From Eledone cirrhosa (lineage: Eukaryota): 64,000 nt of DNA. Below are positions 13,862 through 27,529 of this stretch, piece by piece. The DNA is taken from assembly GCA_964016885.1 (NCBI GenBank), contig OZ024757.1:35898001-35962000 (forward strand). Direction: 5' to 3'. The notes beneath the pieces were generated by a model, which saw only the letters and a list, made by a program, of their open reading frames with translations, searched no databases and was not told where the DNA came from. Positions within the stretch are counted from its first letter, which is position 1. Each line of letters opens with the position of its first letter. The position numbers and the translations under genes were made by a program.

Positions 13862-14152
13862 TATTATTATTGGTTTCTTATTTAGACACAAGGCCACCAA
13901 TTTTGGGGGAGGGGAAAGTCGATTAAATCAACCCCAGTGTGTAACTGGTACTTTACTTTATCAAACCCGTATGGATGAAAGGCAAAGCTAACCTCGGTAC
14001 TGAGTTCAAATCCCACCGAGGTTAACTTTGCCTTTCATCTTTTTGGGGGTCGATAAAATAAAGTACCAGTAATGCACTGGGATCGATTTCATTGATTTCC
14101 TCCTCCACCCAAAATTGCTGGGTTTGTACTTATAGTAGAAATCGTTATTATT
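13862..14152. repeat. Head-to-head inverted pair of SINE-A fragments (hairpin)
   Basis: Minus copy 13862-13998 and plus copy about 14015-14152, separated by about 16 nt. Confidence 0.75.
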
Positions 14153-14363
14153 ATCATTTTGATGGGCACATCATTTATTATCCCTATAATTTTAGATAGT
14201 TATTTTCAGCAAACTAAGGTTGCTGTGACAGTTTGGGGTTAGGCCTTTTGACTGTCCAGGAAAGGAGAGGCTCTTGTACTCTTGTTTAACATTACATGAA
14301 ACTGGGAAAATCTCTAGTTTGGCAAGTCTCTACGTTTCAGACAGATTTTAACTCTATATAATT

Positions 14364-14696
14364 GGAGGCACATGGCTTAGTGGTTAGAGCATTGGGCTTG
14401 CAATCGAAAGGTTGTGAGTTCAATTCTCAGACCGGGTGATGTGTTGTTTCCTTGAGCAAGACATTTTATTTCACATTGCTCCAGTGTACTCAGCTGTAGA
14501 AATGAGATGATAGGGACTTGGGTCCCTATCATTCCACTGCAAAGTGGTCGTGGAGGTGCCACGGCAAAATAGCACCCAGCACTCACTGTAAATGAGGTTC
14601 GTGTTAGGAAGGGCATCCAGCTGTAGAAATCAAGCCAGAATCAGTTCCCGTCCCACCCTTGCAAGCAGGGAAAAGCGGACGTAAAATGATGATGAT
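14364..14696 (+). mobile_element. SINE family B, full length
   Basis: ggaggcacatggcttagtggttagagc head through ggacgtaaaatgatgatgat tail. Confidence 0.9.
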
Positions 14697-15194
14697 AAAT
14701 AACTAAATACAAATGACTAGCTTCCTATCCCACATGATTGTTGTTTCTCCTCCTCCTAATATCATAACACCAGAGTTAAACACAAGCTAAACATATTATA
14801 TAAGGTGACTAACTTCCTATCCTGTATAATTGTTATTTCTCCTCCTCCTGATATTAAACATAAGCTAAACATACTTTATAAGGTCAGGTGACATCTCTTA
14901 GGGATAACAAATGATGTGCCCTGAAAATGTATTTTTGATAATCCTTTCTTGACTATAGTTGTGAAGCTGTAATTAGCAATTTATCAATTACTTCTAATTA
15001 GCTTAACATCAAACAGTAATTTAATTAGTGTGTGTGTGTGTGTGTGTGTATGTAAATATGTATGTACGTGTGTAAATATGTATATGTATGTATGTCTGTG
15101 TATATGTATGTATGTGTGTGTCTGTGTATGTATGTGTGTGCGTATATATATGTCTATGTAATCCATGTTTAAACTGTTTATTTTAGTGAAGTCT

Positions 15195-15850
15195 CTTACT
15201 GTTGTGCTGCCATTGGTTACTGTTGTGTTACCATTGGTTACTGTTGTTACCATTGGTTACTGTTGTGTTGCCATTGGTTACTGTTGTTGCCATTGGTTAC
15301 TGTTCTGTTGCCATTCGTTACCGTTGTGTTGCCATTCGTTACCGTTGTGTTGCCATTGGTTACCGTTGTGTTGCCATTCGTTACCGTTGTGTTGCCATTG
15401 GTTACCGTTGTTACCATTCGTTACCGTTGTGTTGCCATTGGTTACCATTGTGTTGCCATTGGTTACCGTTGTGTTACCATTGGCTACCGTTGTGTTACCA
15501 TTGGCTACCGTTGTGTGGCTACCGTTGTGTTGCCATTGGTTACTGTTGTGTTGCCATTGGTTACTGTTGTGTTGCCATTGGTTACTGTTGTGTTGCCATT
15601 GGTTACTGTTGTGTTGCCATTGGTTACTGTTGTGTTGCCATTGGTTACTGTTGTGTTGCCATTGGTTACTGTTGTGTTGCCATTGGTTACTGTTGTGTTG
15701 CCATTGGTTACTGTTATGTTGTCATTGGTTACTGTTGTATATCATGACTGTTGTGTTGCCATTGGTTACTGTTCTTAGTTGTGTATCATGACTGTTGTGT
15801 GGCCATTGGTTACTGTTGTGTTGCCATTGGTTACTGTTGTTGCCATTGTT
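15195..15850. repeat. Minisatellite, about 21-bp unit gttgtgttgccattggttact
   Basis: Direct tandem repetition; explains the 7-aa periodic ORFs. Confidence 0.95.
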
Positions 15851-16332
15851 TTGCCCAGCTATTGTTTTGGTATTTAAAACTATTGCTGCAATAATCCCTC
15901 CGATATGTTTGTGATATATTTTGTACACCACAAGGTCTAGCAAGTTTTGTTAATGATGGCAATAGCGTTGACTCTATTTAGAAGTTTTCACTGTGTTTTT
16001 TCACAAAAGAAATACGGCAAAAAGCTTCTCTTTCTAATTTCAAACTTGCTGTTTCAAAACATACTTGTCATTATACTTGCTAAGAATGTTGCTTCTAATT
16101 TGAATGGAAGAAGATGGGTGATGTGTTAGTGTAATGGAAGCACAGTGGTCAGGGTGATGTGTTTGTGCCATGGTAGCACAGTGGTCTGGTTAACCAAAGA
16201 TGTGGGTTCAACTCCCATGTATGTCAATACTTACCTTTCTCCATTTCTTAAATTCACAATCAGGCTCAAATTTCTTTAGTAAAAAAAAAATACGGCGAAA
16301 GCTTCTATTTCTAATATAAATATATTTATATA

Positions 16333-16406
<74 letters not shown>

Positions 16407-16446
16407 TATAAGTATTAATAAAATAGATGTTCTTTTGATCAATTAC

Positions 16447-16499
16447 ATTTTATTATACATATTTCGGATGTACAACAGTACGTCCTCATCAGACAAAAT
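16447..16499 (-). ncRNA. Minimal type-I hammerhead ribozyme motif
   Basis: Minus strand ATTTTGT-CTGATGA-GGACGTAC(tgtt)GTACATCC-GAAA-tatgta-TA-ATAAAAT: 7-bp stem I, 7 of 8 pairs in stem II, intact core. Confidence 0.7.
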
Positions 16500-16574
16500 A
16501 TAATGATACATGACATACCCTGAGATGTTAAATGGTTAAGATTTAATCATTGAATATTGTTTAACAACTTAATA

Positions 16575-16679
<105 letters not shown>

Positions 16680-16688
16680 CATGCATGC

Positions 16689-16729
<41 letters not shown>

Positions 16730-17499
16730 CTACCTTAAATTCATTGCAAAAGGCCTTCAGCATGTTTTTAAATAAACATACAGTATATTATTAAATATAC
16801 AATCCGTACATTCATATATATATATATATATATATCGCTATTTCAGAGCTCCAACACAAATTTCTAATTGTTGCTGGTCCAGCAACGACTCTGTATATTA
16901 ATGAGTTTAAACATCTCATAAAGATAATTGGTATTCTATAAGAATACAGCTCACAGCAAACGCAGTCTTTTTACATGGCACACTAACCAATGATCATAGA
17001 ATTCTTTTGGTTTCTGTGTTTCCCTGCTCTTGATTGACCTAGGGTTAAACAACACCACCAGCCTGACCATGTTAGGGCAGTGCTACACTACAGGATGACT
17101 TCCTGTTGATGTCTTATACTAGCATTGTTTACTTTAATTGAAAACACTGTTTATATATTAGTAGCTATAGTATTTAACTGAGCTGTTTCGTAGGTTCTTC
17201 TACACAGCTGTCACTTGTAATCGAGTATGACTTGGTAGTATCTACCATGTTTGCACTAAGTCATGAGCAGACACCCTCTCAAGCCTCTTTCCATTGATCC
17301 AGGATGTGACAGCTGGAGAGAGAGGGGGCTGCACCAGTACTAGGTTCCTTACTTAGTTTTTAGACCCCAAAGGGTGGAATGGCAAAGTAGACCTCAGAGG
17401 GGTCTAATCAACTGGAACACTGGTCGTTATAACTGACACAGTGTCAGTTATGTATGTATAGATGCATATATATATACACACACACATATATATATATGT

Positions 17500-18095
17500 G
17501 ATGGCTGCTCCTCGTTATACAGTATGGCCATTGCACATTAATACCATTATTAATAATTATTAATTAATTCTGTCGTGTAATGCCTGTGCGTGAAGATTTT
17601 TTTTAAAGTGAGAAAAGACTGCACTGAGCCAATCCCACTCTCTGAGCGACAGAAGCTATAACCCAAAAAGAAGAAAAGATCAATATCATCTGAGCCGCCT
17701 ATTTTATGTCGGAGTTATCCCAGTTTCCTGAGTTGCCTTCTAGAAGAATGCCCTGACAAAGGCTAGGGGTCCTTCACTCCGAGTGGTTTAACCGCGTGAT
17801 CGGGTGTCCAGCCCGACTATTTCTATGTCCCCGCACATACACATGCATACATATATATATATACATATACATATATACACATGCATACACATATATACAT
17901 ATTTACACATTTACACACTCTTATGAGTTCTTCTGCCCTTTGTCAGGTTTTGTTTTTAGTCCTGTAGGGTGTCCAAAATCACTCTCCTCACCAAGTAAAC
18001 TTGGTGGGGTTGCCGGTTTAGTCGCCGACGACTTGACCATGCAACAGGTTGTACTGGGTTACATGTTACCAGTAGCACTCAAGAGTGACCCGACA
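17500..18095 (-). mobile_element. Old RTE/BovB-like LINE remnant
   Basis: 17590-17790 resembles 42970-43145, the 3' region of the zinc-finger LINE remnant. Confidence 0.5.
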
Positions 18096-18120
18096 TATAT
18101 ATATACACACATACATACAT

Positions 18121-20202
18121 TGGAAGAAAGACAGTCTCCCCCACATCGACCCAATAGAGGGACCAGCAGTGTTAGTCGAGGGTAGTATAATAAGTAAGGC
18201 AATCAAAGATATGAAGACAGGCAAGGCGGCTGGGCCTTCGAAAATAGTTGCCGAGATGCTGAAGGCATCTGGTACGGTGGGACACACCATGGTCACCCGG
18301 ATAGTCAACCAAGTCATACAGAATGGGGTTGTTCCGAAGGACTGGCGCAGCAGTATTATCGTTAACTGTTATAAGGGTAAAGGAGATGCCCTAGATAGGA
18401 GTAACTATAGAGGCATTAAATTAATCGACCAGGTCATGAAGGTCACGGAAAAAGTTATAGCGCAACTAATCAGAGAGCGAATTGATCTAGATGAAATACA
18501 GTTCGGGTTTGTGTCAGGAAAAAGTACCACAGACGCTCTTTTCATTGTACGACAACTACAGGAGAAGTACCTAGCTAAAAGTAAACCCCTATACTTAGCT
18601 TTCGTCGACTTGGAGAAGGCCTTCGACAGAGTCCCCCGTTCCATTATCTGGTGGGCTCTTAGAAAACTAGGTGTTGATGAATGGCTTGTGAGAGCTATAC
18701 AAGCCATGTATAAAGAAACAGTCAGCAAGGTTAGAATTAACAACGAATATAGTGAAGAGTTTAGTGTAAAAGTTGGTGTTCATCAGGGCTCTGTTCTTAG
18801 CCCCCTACTATTTATTATTGCCCTCCAGGCTATAACAGTGGAGTTCAAGACCGGCTGCCCATGGGAACTCCTATACGCAGATGATCTAACGCTCATAGCT
18901 GAATCAATGGCCGAGCTAGAGAAGAAATTCCAAACATGGAAGCACGGCCTAGAATCAAAAGGCCTTAAAATTAACCTGGCTAAGACTAAAGTTCTAGTTT
19001 GTAAGAAAGAAAATAAGGTGGCGGTCCCCTCCGGGAAGTGGCCATGCGCAGAGTGTAGGAAAGGCGTAGGTAGAAATTCCATTTTGTGTCCCAAATGCAA
19101 AGTTTGGGTGCATAAAAGATGTAGTGGGATCACAGGTAAGCTAACTAAGAACATAGATTTTACATGTGGCCGGTGTTCTGGGGAAATAAGTAGCAGCAAG
19201 TGCCCACAAAATACTAGCTCTTTCAACTGCGCAGAGGGTTCTATAGAAATAGTGGACAGCTTCCGTTACCTGGGTGACAAAATCAGCAGTGGGGGAGGGT
19301 GCTCTGAAAGTACAGTAGCTAGAGTCAGAACTGGGTGGAAAAAGTTCAGAGAGCTTATACCGCTATTAGCCGCTAAAGGGTTCTCCCTAAAAATGAAAGG
19401 CAGGCTGTACGATGCCTGCATACGAACAGCAATGTTGCATGGCAGTGAGACCTGGGCATTGTGTGCAGAGGATATATGCAGACTAGAGAGAAACGAAGCT
19501 TGCATGCTCCGCTGGATGTGTAATAGTAATATACGTGAACGACAAAGCATAAACGAACTAAGGAAAAAATTAGAAATAAGAGGGATCAGATGTTGTTTAC
19601 TAGAGAGAAGGCTACGTTGGTATGGTCACGTGATGCGCATGAAGGACGATAGCTGTATAACAAAGTGCAGGGCAATAAAGATAGACGGTAGCCATGGAAT
19701 AGGCAGACCCAGAAAAACCTGGGACGAGCTGATAAACTCCGACCTCACACACTTACACCTCACCAAGACAATGTCACTGGACCGAGACCTTTGGCGGTAC
19801 TCAGTAATAGAGAAGACTCGCCTTACCTAAATACAAAGTAAAACCTACTACAGTCAGTAGGCATCTCTAACAAAATACACCCACGTCCCACCACCCCCAC
19901 CCCATCCACACTGCCCCCTTCTATGTAAAGTTATGTTGGTGCCACACCATCCAGGCCGAAACAAATGAGATCGTGTAGGTGTCACGACAAAAAAACACAC
20001 AGTCCACGCTGTAATGTGGCCGTGTAGGCAACACGGTAAAAACCTCCCAGACCCACACTGTAAATGTGGTTGGTGTTAGGAAGGGCATCCAACTGTAGAA
20101 AACCTGCCAGACAGTCCTATGCGAGCAAGACAATCACTCTTGCCTCAAGTGGGAATACCCCCGTCCAAACCCATGCAAGCGTGGAACACGGACGTTAAAC
20201 GT

Positions 20203-20240
<38 letters not shown>
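18121..20240 (+). mobile_element. Young 5'-truncated RTE-clade LINE: uninterrupted RT ORF with embedded PHD-type finger, 3' UTR and (GAT)n tail
   Basis: ORF 18085..19830 has FVDLEKAFD, GVHQGSVLSPLLF, YADD, FRYLG and RRLRWYGH; no stops over about 570 aa; starts in a (TA/CA) repeat. Confidence 0.95.
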
Positions 20241-20245
20241 TATGT

Positions 20246-20615
20246 GAGTCCCAGGCTCAATTGGTGGTCACTACAGAGTTAGTAAGGTACTCAATACATT
20301 AGTAGAGTGTAAACATCAAGTTTAATATTGAAATGGATTCTACAGGACTAGAAATATAACTGTTTTACATGAATGAAAAACTATATTGAGAAAAAAGTAC
20401 AGTAATACAGAATTATACAAATGCAAGCACTCCTTATTTTCAAGGTTCATTTATTCTAAGCAAGCAAAGGGTTTTCATTAAGTGGCTGTATGAACCTTGA
20501 TTTCCTTCAAATGAAACAGCTCTAGTCCTGTAGAAGACATTTCTATATTAAAAATTTATACTCTATGTATTGAGTACCTTACTGACTGTGGCTACTCCCG
20601 ATTGAACCCAGAGTA
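20246..20615. mobile_element. Foldback/MITE-like element with about 120-bp imperfect TIRs; related shorter copy at 56128-56315
   Basis: agtaaggtactcaatacat...ttctacaggactag versus ctagtcctgtagaa...atgtattgagtaccttact. Confidence 0.7.
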
Positions 20616-20856
20616 AGCAAGCACACACACACACACACACACACACACTCTTTCTCTCTCAGAAGAAATAGGCCAAGGAAAAGAAATGCTCTCTGTAATG
20701 TACAGAACCAGATTTAGATCAATAAAACATCAACACTAATGCATGCTACCTCTCTCTCTATCTATGTGTGTGTGTATGTATATACACACACACACACACA
20801 CATATATATATAACATCATCGTTTGACGTATATATACATACACATTTATGTAATGT

Positions 20857-20887
<31 letters not shown>

Positions 20888-21416
20888 TTTGTCTATGTAG
20901 CATGTTTGTATGTATATGTATGAGGTATTTTTGTATATGTATATATGCATGTTTTTATCTATGTATATGTAGAAATGTTTGTGTGTGTATATATGTCTGT
21001 GAGTGTGTGAATGATAGTGTATAATAAATATACACAACACACCATATATTTGAAAATCTAAGAATATATATAACTACAGCAGTTTATATACCTGGTTGTG
21101 AAAATATAACCAAATGGCAAAACATTCTTTTTTCTGCCTTTTTCAGTTGAGTCCAAGAGTTACAATATCTTTGTCAATGAAACAATGTGTCTGATGAACT
21201 GCCTGTTCACCCTCAAATATAGGCAGGCTGTTAATAGCTGTCATCATCGTTTAACGTCCATCTTCCATGTCCAAGAAAAACTTCAGAATGTTTTTCACAT
21301 TCATTTGTCAATATTTTCACAGTGGGGCTTATAAACTGAATCCATACCTATGTTCAATTCATCTTTTATATAATTACTATATGGAAGATGGTTTGCTACT
21401 ATTAAATCATTATTAT

Positions 21417-21915
21417 TGGTGGATTGGCAGTATCGGTAGAGGGTCGGACGCCATGCTTTGCAGTACAGTTACGTCCCTTTATGGTCTGAGTTCAAATCCC
21501 GCCGAGGTTAACTTTGCCTTTCATCATTATGGGGTCGATAAAATAAAGTACCAGTAATACACTGGGATAATTGCTGGCCTTGTGCCGAAAGTAGAAACAA
21601 TTATTCTGAGTTCAAATCCCGCCGAGGTTAACTTTGCCTTTCATCCTTACGGGGTCGATAAAATAAAGTACCAGTAATGCACTGGGTATTTGCTGGCCTT
21701 GTGCCTAACGTAGAAACAATTATTAGGGCAGTGGATTGGCAGTATCGATAGAGGGTCGGACACCATGCTTTGCAGCAAAGAGTTACGGCCCTTTATAGTC
21801 TGAGTTCAAATCCCACCAAGGTTAACTTTGCCTTTCATCCTTACGGGGTCGATTTAATCGATTTTCCACTCGCCTAAAATGTGTTGGTCTTGTGCCTATA
21901 TCAGAAATCATTATC
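21417..21915 (+). mobile_element. SINE family A tandem array (full and half units)
   Basis: Three ctgagttcaaatcccgccgagg cores in direct tandem. Confidence 0.85.
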
Positions 21916-22399
21916 ATTATTGTCGTTAGTATTATTTGTCTTTAATCAGCTTGTTAATAGCAACTGTTGATGAGATAGTTCTAATACAATTGTAGTACTC
22001 ACATTGTGTCTTGTACTTCACTGCTAACATATCGTACTTCTTCATTATAACTGCTCTGTTATTGCATACAAATGAACATTTAACAACCATACACTATTAG
22101 GGGCTGTATATGATAGGGTAACCTTACATTAAGGGTTGTATATGATAGTGTAACCTTACATTAGGGGTTGTATATGATAGGGTAACCTTACATTAGGGGG
22201 TTGTATAGGATAGGGCAAAGTTGATGGGGTAGGGGGAAAAATTCTTGAAATGTTTCACACTTTTATTATCATCATCATTATTATATTTTCATCCGCTTTT
22301 CCTGTTAGCATGGGTTAGACAGGTTTTCGTGGTCCGACAACAGACGGGTCACAGCGACCTCTGGCAGGGTTTTTATAGCCTGATGCTCTTCGTATTGTC

Positions 22400-22835
22400 A
22401 ACCACTTGTGTACTGGGTGTATTTTATTGTGGCACCAGCACTACTACTTTACAGAGTATACTGGGTGTATTTTATTGTGGCACCAGCACTACTACTTTAC
22501 AGAGTATACTGGATGTATTTTATTGTGGCACCAGCACTACTACTTTACAGAGTGTACTGGGTGTATTTTATTGTGGCACCAGCACTACTACTTTACAGAG
22601 TATTGTGGGTGTATTTTATTGTGGCACCAGCACTACTACTTTACAGAGTGTACTGGGTGTATTTTATTGTGGCACCAGCATTACTACTTTACAGAGTGTA
22701 CTGGGTGTATTTTATTGTGGCACCAGCACTACTACTTTACAGAGTATTGTGGGTGTATTTTATTGTGGCACCAGCACTACTACTTTACAGAGTGTACTGG
22801 GTGTATTTTATTGTGGCACCAGCACTACTACTTTA
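22400..22835. repeat. 48-bp minisatellite related to the RTE/SINE-B 3' UTR motif (minus orientation)
   Basis: About 9 copies of ttacagagtgtactgggtgtattttattgtggcaccagcactactact, next to a minus-strand RTE tail at about 22265-22400. Confidence 0.9.
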
Positions 22836-24184
22836 TGGAGACTGATGAAGGAAGATAGGAATTAATAAAGGAGAATGGGGATATCCAGATACTGGAACTT
22901 AGTAGCCGCATAGTGGTGGTATTAAAGACTAATAAACAGTACACCCTGTAAAGTGCGGGGTGCTAGGAAGGACATCCCACCATAGAAACCATGCTCCCAG
23001 TACACCCTGTAAAGTGGGAGGTGTTATGAAGGACATCCCACCATAGAAACCATGCTAAATATGGAATATATGAGCAAGATGAGAGGTGGTTGTGACGTGA
23101 TTATCAATGGCACATTGTGTTGTAGCTGTAATTCAGCATCACACCCTGTGTTATGCTGAATTTCATTAAGGGTGTCTGTGGAAGGGCATCCAGCCACATA
23201 ATCCAAATCCAAACACAGCGTATTAACCGGACCGACTCACCTGACTGCTTTTTCCTCAGCGTGTGATGGCTGTCTAATCCATGCTAGCAGGGAAAATCGA
23301 TGTTGAAGGATGATTTTACTGAAATTTTGAGTACTAGAAAACCCTTCAAAATAAAAAACAATATAGAAATAGTGAAAAGATTTCACTGTCTTCGTAATTG
23401 TGTTATTCTGCTAGTGAGGGGGGAGGCGGCGGACAGTGGGTGTCAGTTGTCCTGGTTCTTCTAACATGCGTGTGTCTTGCATCAGAGAGAAATTACACAG
23501 CTGTACAGTTGTGGGAACCTAGACTACACAGATGTACAGTTGTGGTAACCTAGACTACACAGATGTACAGTTGTGGTAACCTAGAGATATAGTAAAGCTG
23601 CAGAGATATATATAACTTACTTGCATGAACCTTGTCTACTAATGAAAGCTATTTTCTTTTTTATTAAATATTTCTTTATCTATCAATGAGCCCCCACCCG
23701 ATCCCCAACTCTATATAGCAGCAGTAGCAGCAAACAGCAGCAGTAGCAGGCATTTATAGTTGTGGCATTAATAATAATATTAGTAGTAGTAGATTCTTGC
23801 AGGTATACTTGATGGTGCTAATTAGCTGAGAGTAGTTGGAATATAACGAGGGTTTTACCTAGGTTTTTTAATGGTAATTGACAAAAAAGAAAAGAAAGAT
23901 ATATTTGCTGGTTGTAATTGTTATATTTCTGGAAAGAAAAATAGTGTATATAACCTTTCTCAGGTGTGTATACATTGATGTATACACAGGTATGTATACA
24001 TTGATGTATACACAGGTGTGTATACATTGATGTATACATTGGTGCATACACACTTTCCTAAGTACCTAATATATTATTGTATACATTGGTGTATACGCAC
24101 ATTCTGAGGTACTGCAATAGGTTGATATTGATAAAACACACCTAACCCAATTTGCAAAATGGTAGTGCTGGTGTCCCCTCCCAC

Positions 24185-24495
24185 ACAGCCAGTACACTCT
24201 GTAAAGTGGTTGGTGTTATGAAGGACATCCGGCCATAGAAACCATGCTCCCAGTACACTCTGTAAAGTGGTTGGTGTTATGAAGGACATCCAGCCATAGA
24301 AACCATGTTCCCAGTACACTCTGTAAAGTGGTTGGTCTTAGAAAAGACATCCCATCATAGAAACCATTCTCCCAGTACACTCTGTAAAGTGGTTGGTGTT
24401 ATGAAGGACATCCAGCCATAGAAACCATGCTCCCAGTACACTCTGTAAAGTGGGGAGGTGTTAGGAAGGACATCCCACCATAGAAACCATGCTAA
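24185..24495 (+). repeat. About 61-bp tandem repeat derived from the RTE 3' UTR; 24430-24635 duplicates 22995-23195
   Basis: cccagtacactctgtaaagtggttggtgttatgaaggacatccagccatagaaaccatgct, about 5 copies. Confidence 0.85.
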
Positions 24496-25180
24496 ATATG
24501 GAATATATGAGCAAGATGAGAGGTTGTTATGACATGATTATCAATGGCACATTGTGTTGTAGCTGTAATTCAGCATCGCATCCTGTGTTATGCTGAATTT
24601 CATTAAGGGTGTATATGTCTGTGGAAGGGCATCCACCACTTCCACATTAATTTCACAAGTGGGCTCTTCTGTTTTGTTCCCCAAACTGGAACATTTGTCA
24701 TTTGAAGCGATGGAGCTTTTGTTATTCAAATAACTGGAAGACTCCTCATCGGAACTAGCAGAGGTTTCATTGTTCAAATAATTAGAAGACCCGTCATCGG
24801 AAGTAAAGGAACTTTCATTATTGAAAAAACTGGGTGACATGTCATTGAAAGCAACAGAGACCCAACATACTATTGTACTCTCATCATTACACCATAGAGT
24901 ACAGAGATACAGCTCAGTGCTTTAACAACTTACCTGGCTGTTCACACAAACTGCATTGAACATTTTGCTGTTGAATATGAATAGATTGGTTATTGGAAAA
25001 AGATCAATATAACAACCAACTCATCTTATCATAAACTCTCATCCTTCTTCTTCCTTATATATATATATATATGTATGTATACAAACATATACTATTTTAA
25101 GTTGTAAATACATATGTATTATGTATGATGATTATGTTTCTCAATAAATAAGCGCAATGGACCTTTTTCAGAGTGTCAAT

Positions 25181-25780
25181 TATTCAAATTAAAAAATATA
25201 TATATATATATATATAAAGAGAGAACTACATATCGTTTGAGAAACATAGTATTTTGTACACATATATAGAGCAAATATTATTCAAGAAAATGTACTTCAA
25301 AGGTGGAAAGAGCCATCTTTTTCCTCACAATGCCATTTCATAGTTTAAAAAACAAAACAATAATCAATTATTGATTAGCAACAATTGATTTTGGTAAAGC
25401 AATGGAAGGCAGGAAGTAAAATCTTTTTTTGACACCATGTAGAGTAGGGAATTAACTCAGATCTCTACAGATATAAAGGTATTTTGTACAGTGTGGGGGG
25501 ACATAGTTAAAGACAATCCCTCTGATTAGTTCCTGTCTTCTGTATAATTGATCATTTAGATTGATTGCTCTGTTGTTTTTTTTAAACTATAAAATAACTA
25601 TAAAACTGCCATAAAGAAAAAAAATGGCTTTTTCCACCTTTAAATTATGTGCATTTTCCTCAATAATATTTGCTTTATATATATATATATAGCCATAAAA
25701 TACTGTGGGTTTCTCAAACGATGTATGGTTCTCTCTCTATATATATATATATATAAACATATCTTTTAATTTGAATTATA
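25181..25780. mobile_element. Old foldback element with about 150-200-bp inverted arms
   Basis: catatcgtttgagaaac...aaggtggaaagagccat versus atggctttttccacctt...gtttctcaaacgatgtatg. Confidence 0.65.
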
Positions 25781-26191
25781 TATATATATATATATATCAA
25801 AATAAGACTGTTAGTGCTCCAATCAGTCCACAAACATTTAGCAAACACCCTAAGCTGAACTCCAACCAACACTCATGACTCTTGCTAAACCAAACCATGA
25901 CCTGCCCTCCAAATTTAGCAAACCGATTAAGGTGTGTGTATATATATATGTGTGTGTATGTGTGTGTACCTCAAGGTAAAACATGTGATGGCCAGATTCC
26001 AATATCTTTTTCTATTGTTGAACACATTGCCATAATACATATTTGTGTGGTTAATTGATTACATCATCAGATTATAATGCAATTCAATCAGCAATGTCAT
26101 CAGATGGCATGAACATAATAGATTTAGTTAAGTAATTGAGGTACAGCAAAAACAAGATCAAAAATAAAGAATTTAGGCAGCCAAATTAACA

Positions 26192-26247
<56 letters not shown>

Positions 26248-26329
26248 CATACATTCAATGTAGTCTACCTTTCATGGTAGGGTCTATACTGTAGTTAGAA
26301 TTCAATGTAATCCGTTAGCAAGTAATTTA

Positions 26330-26470
26330 GTGAGATCCAGAGATAAGTTCCATGGCAAACAGCATCTGGATCGTTTCCTCCAAGCATAAATTGCATGGAC
26401 AGTGTCCCCCTGAGTAAGATTTTGCCTTAGAAAGTAGACTCCATTTTAGATGATAGGTAATATTGTTGTC
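26330..26470 (-). mobile_element. Penelope-like element, C-terminal endonuclease remnant
   Basis: KWSLLSKAKSYSGGHCPCNLCLEE resembles the PLE terminal motif KW.I...A..Y.....CNLCL.EK. Confidence 0.6.
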
Positions 26471-27340
26471 AATTATCAAACAAAAAGGATGAACTCGTTG
26501 CTTCGTGTAAACACAGAATACATAGGACATATCTTACCTTGAAACCCCCTCACGACCCAGGTGGGTAGATCTTGGCTTTGATATCTTTCCCACTTACTAA
26601 GATAGAGGAAACCCTAAGCATCCTTAGGTAGAAATAGAATATTTTCATTATTGCATAACTATACATATTGCCCTATAGGACCAGCCGAATAGATAGCTCT
26701 GACACATTACTAGACCTATTACTTGTAGTTTAAGCACAAGGCACAAGTTTACTTGCAGCCATTACCGGGCTGCTGCAATGACAGGCTTGGTATATAGAGT
26801 AAATGTGTACTAGCATATAAACTTATATTAGGCCAGTGTGAAAGCACCATAAAAAACTATAACGTTAGAATTGTTAAAGAAAGCTATTTCCTTTTGCTAA
26901 TGTATTGCAATGGCTTTGATATAGATGTTAAAATTACACTTTGAGGCATTTCTTATATAAAATAGGAATCTACTTTACTATAGAATCTTAGCTAACTTAC
27001 AACAGCACGTGAACTGAAATAACGATCTATATTTAAGACTAATGGTAGATTATTAGTAGATTATTAGTGTTTGAAATAAGTAAATTAGTGAATGAGGTGC
27101 TTTTCCCCGGCCATAGAGTAATTAATAACTAGAAATCTCTATGAGGAGGGGAAATAGTAATAAATTATAAATTATTAGCTATTTAGCAAACTTGTAAAGA
27201 AAAAGCAAATTAACAAACACACATATACCACACCATTCTCTCATTGGTCTTTTCCTCTTGAATCTGATGAAGTTAAGTACAACACAATTTCTACAGATTA
27301 GAAATAGTTGATTCAGAAAATTCTCTCTTAATAGTTTTTA
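26468..27340. repeat. About 870-bp interspersed repeat; second copy at about 51572-52480
   Basis: Co-linear similarity, e.g. ccgggccatagag.aattaataactagaaatctctatgaggaggggaaatag. Both copies sit next to Penelope remnants. Confidence 0.85.
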
Positions 27341-27410
27341 GAAAAAGCACTTGTGCATTATGTCAGCGATGATGAGGGACAAAGACCACTGGAGAGAACT
27401 CGTCCATGGA

Positions 27411-27449
<39 letters not shown>

Positions 27450-27475
27450 CCATATATATATATATACACACACAT

Positions 27476-27529
<54 letters not shown>

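Noticed and set aside
14364-14435. tRNA genes at SINE heads
   Set aside because: A/B boxes are present, but no proper cloverleaf was seen and each runs straight into SINE body sequence.
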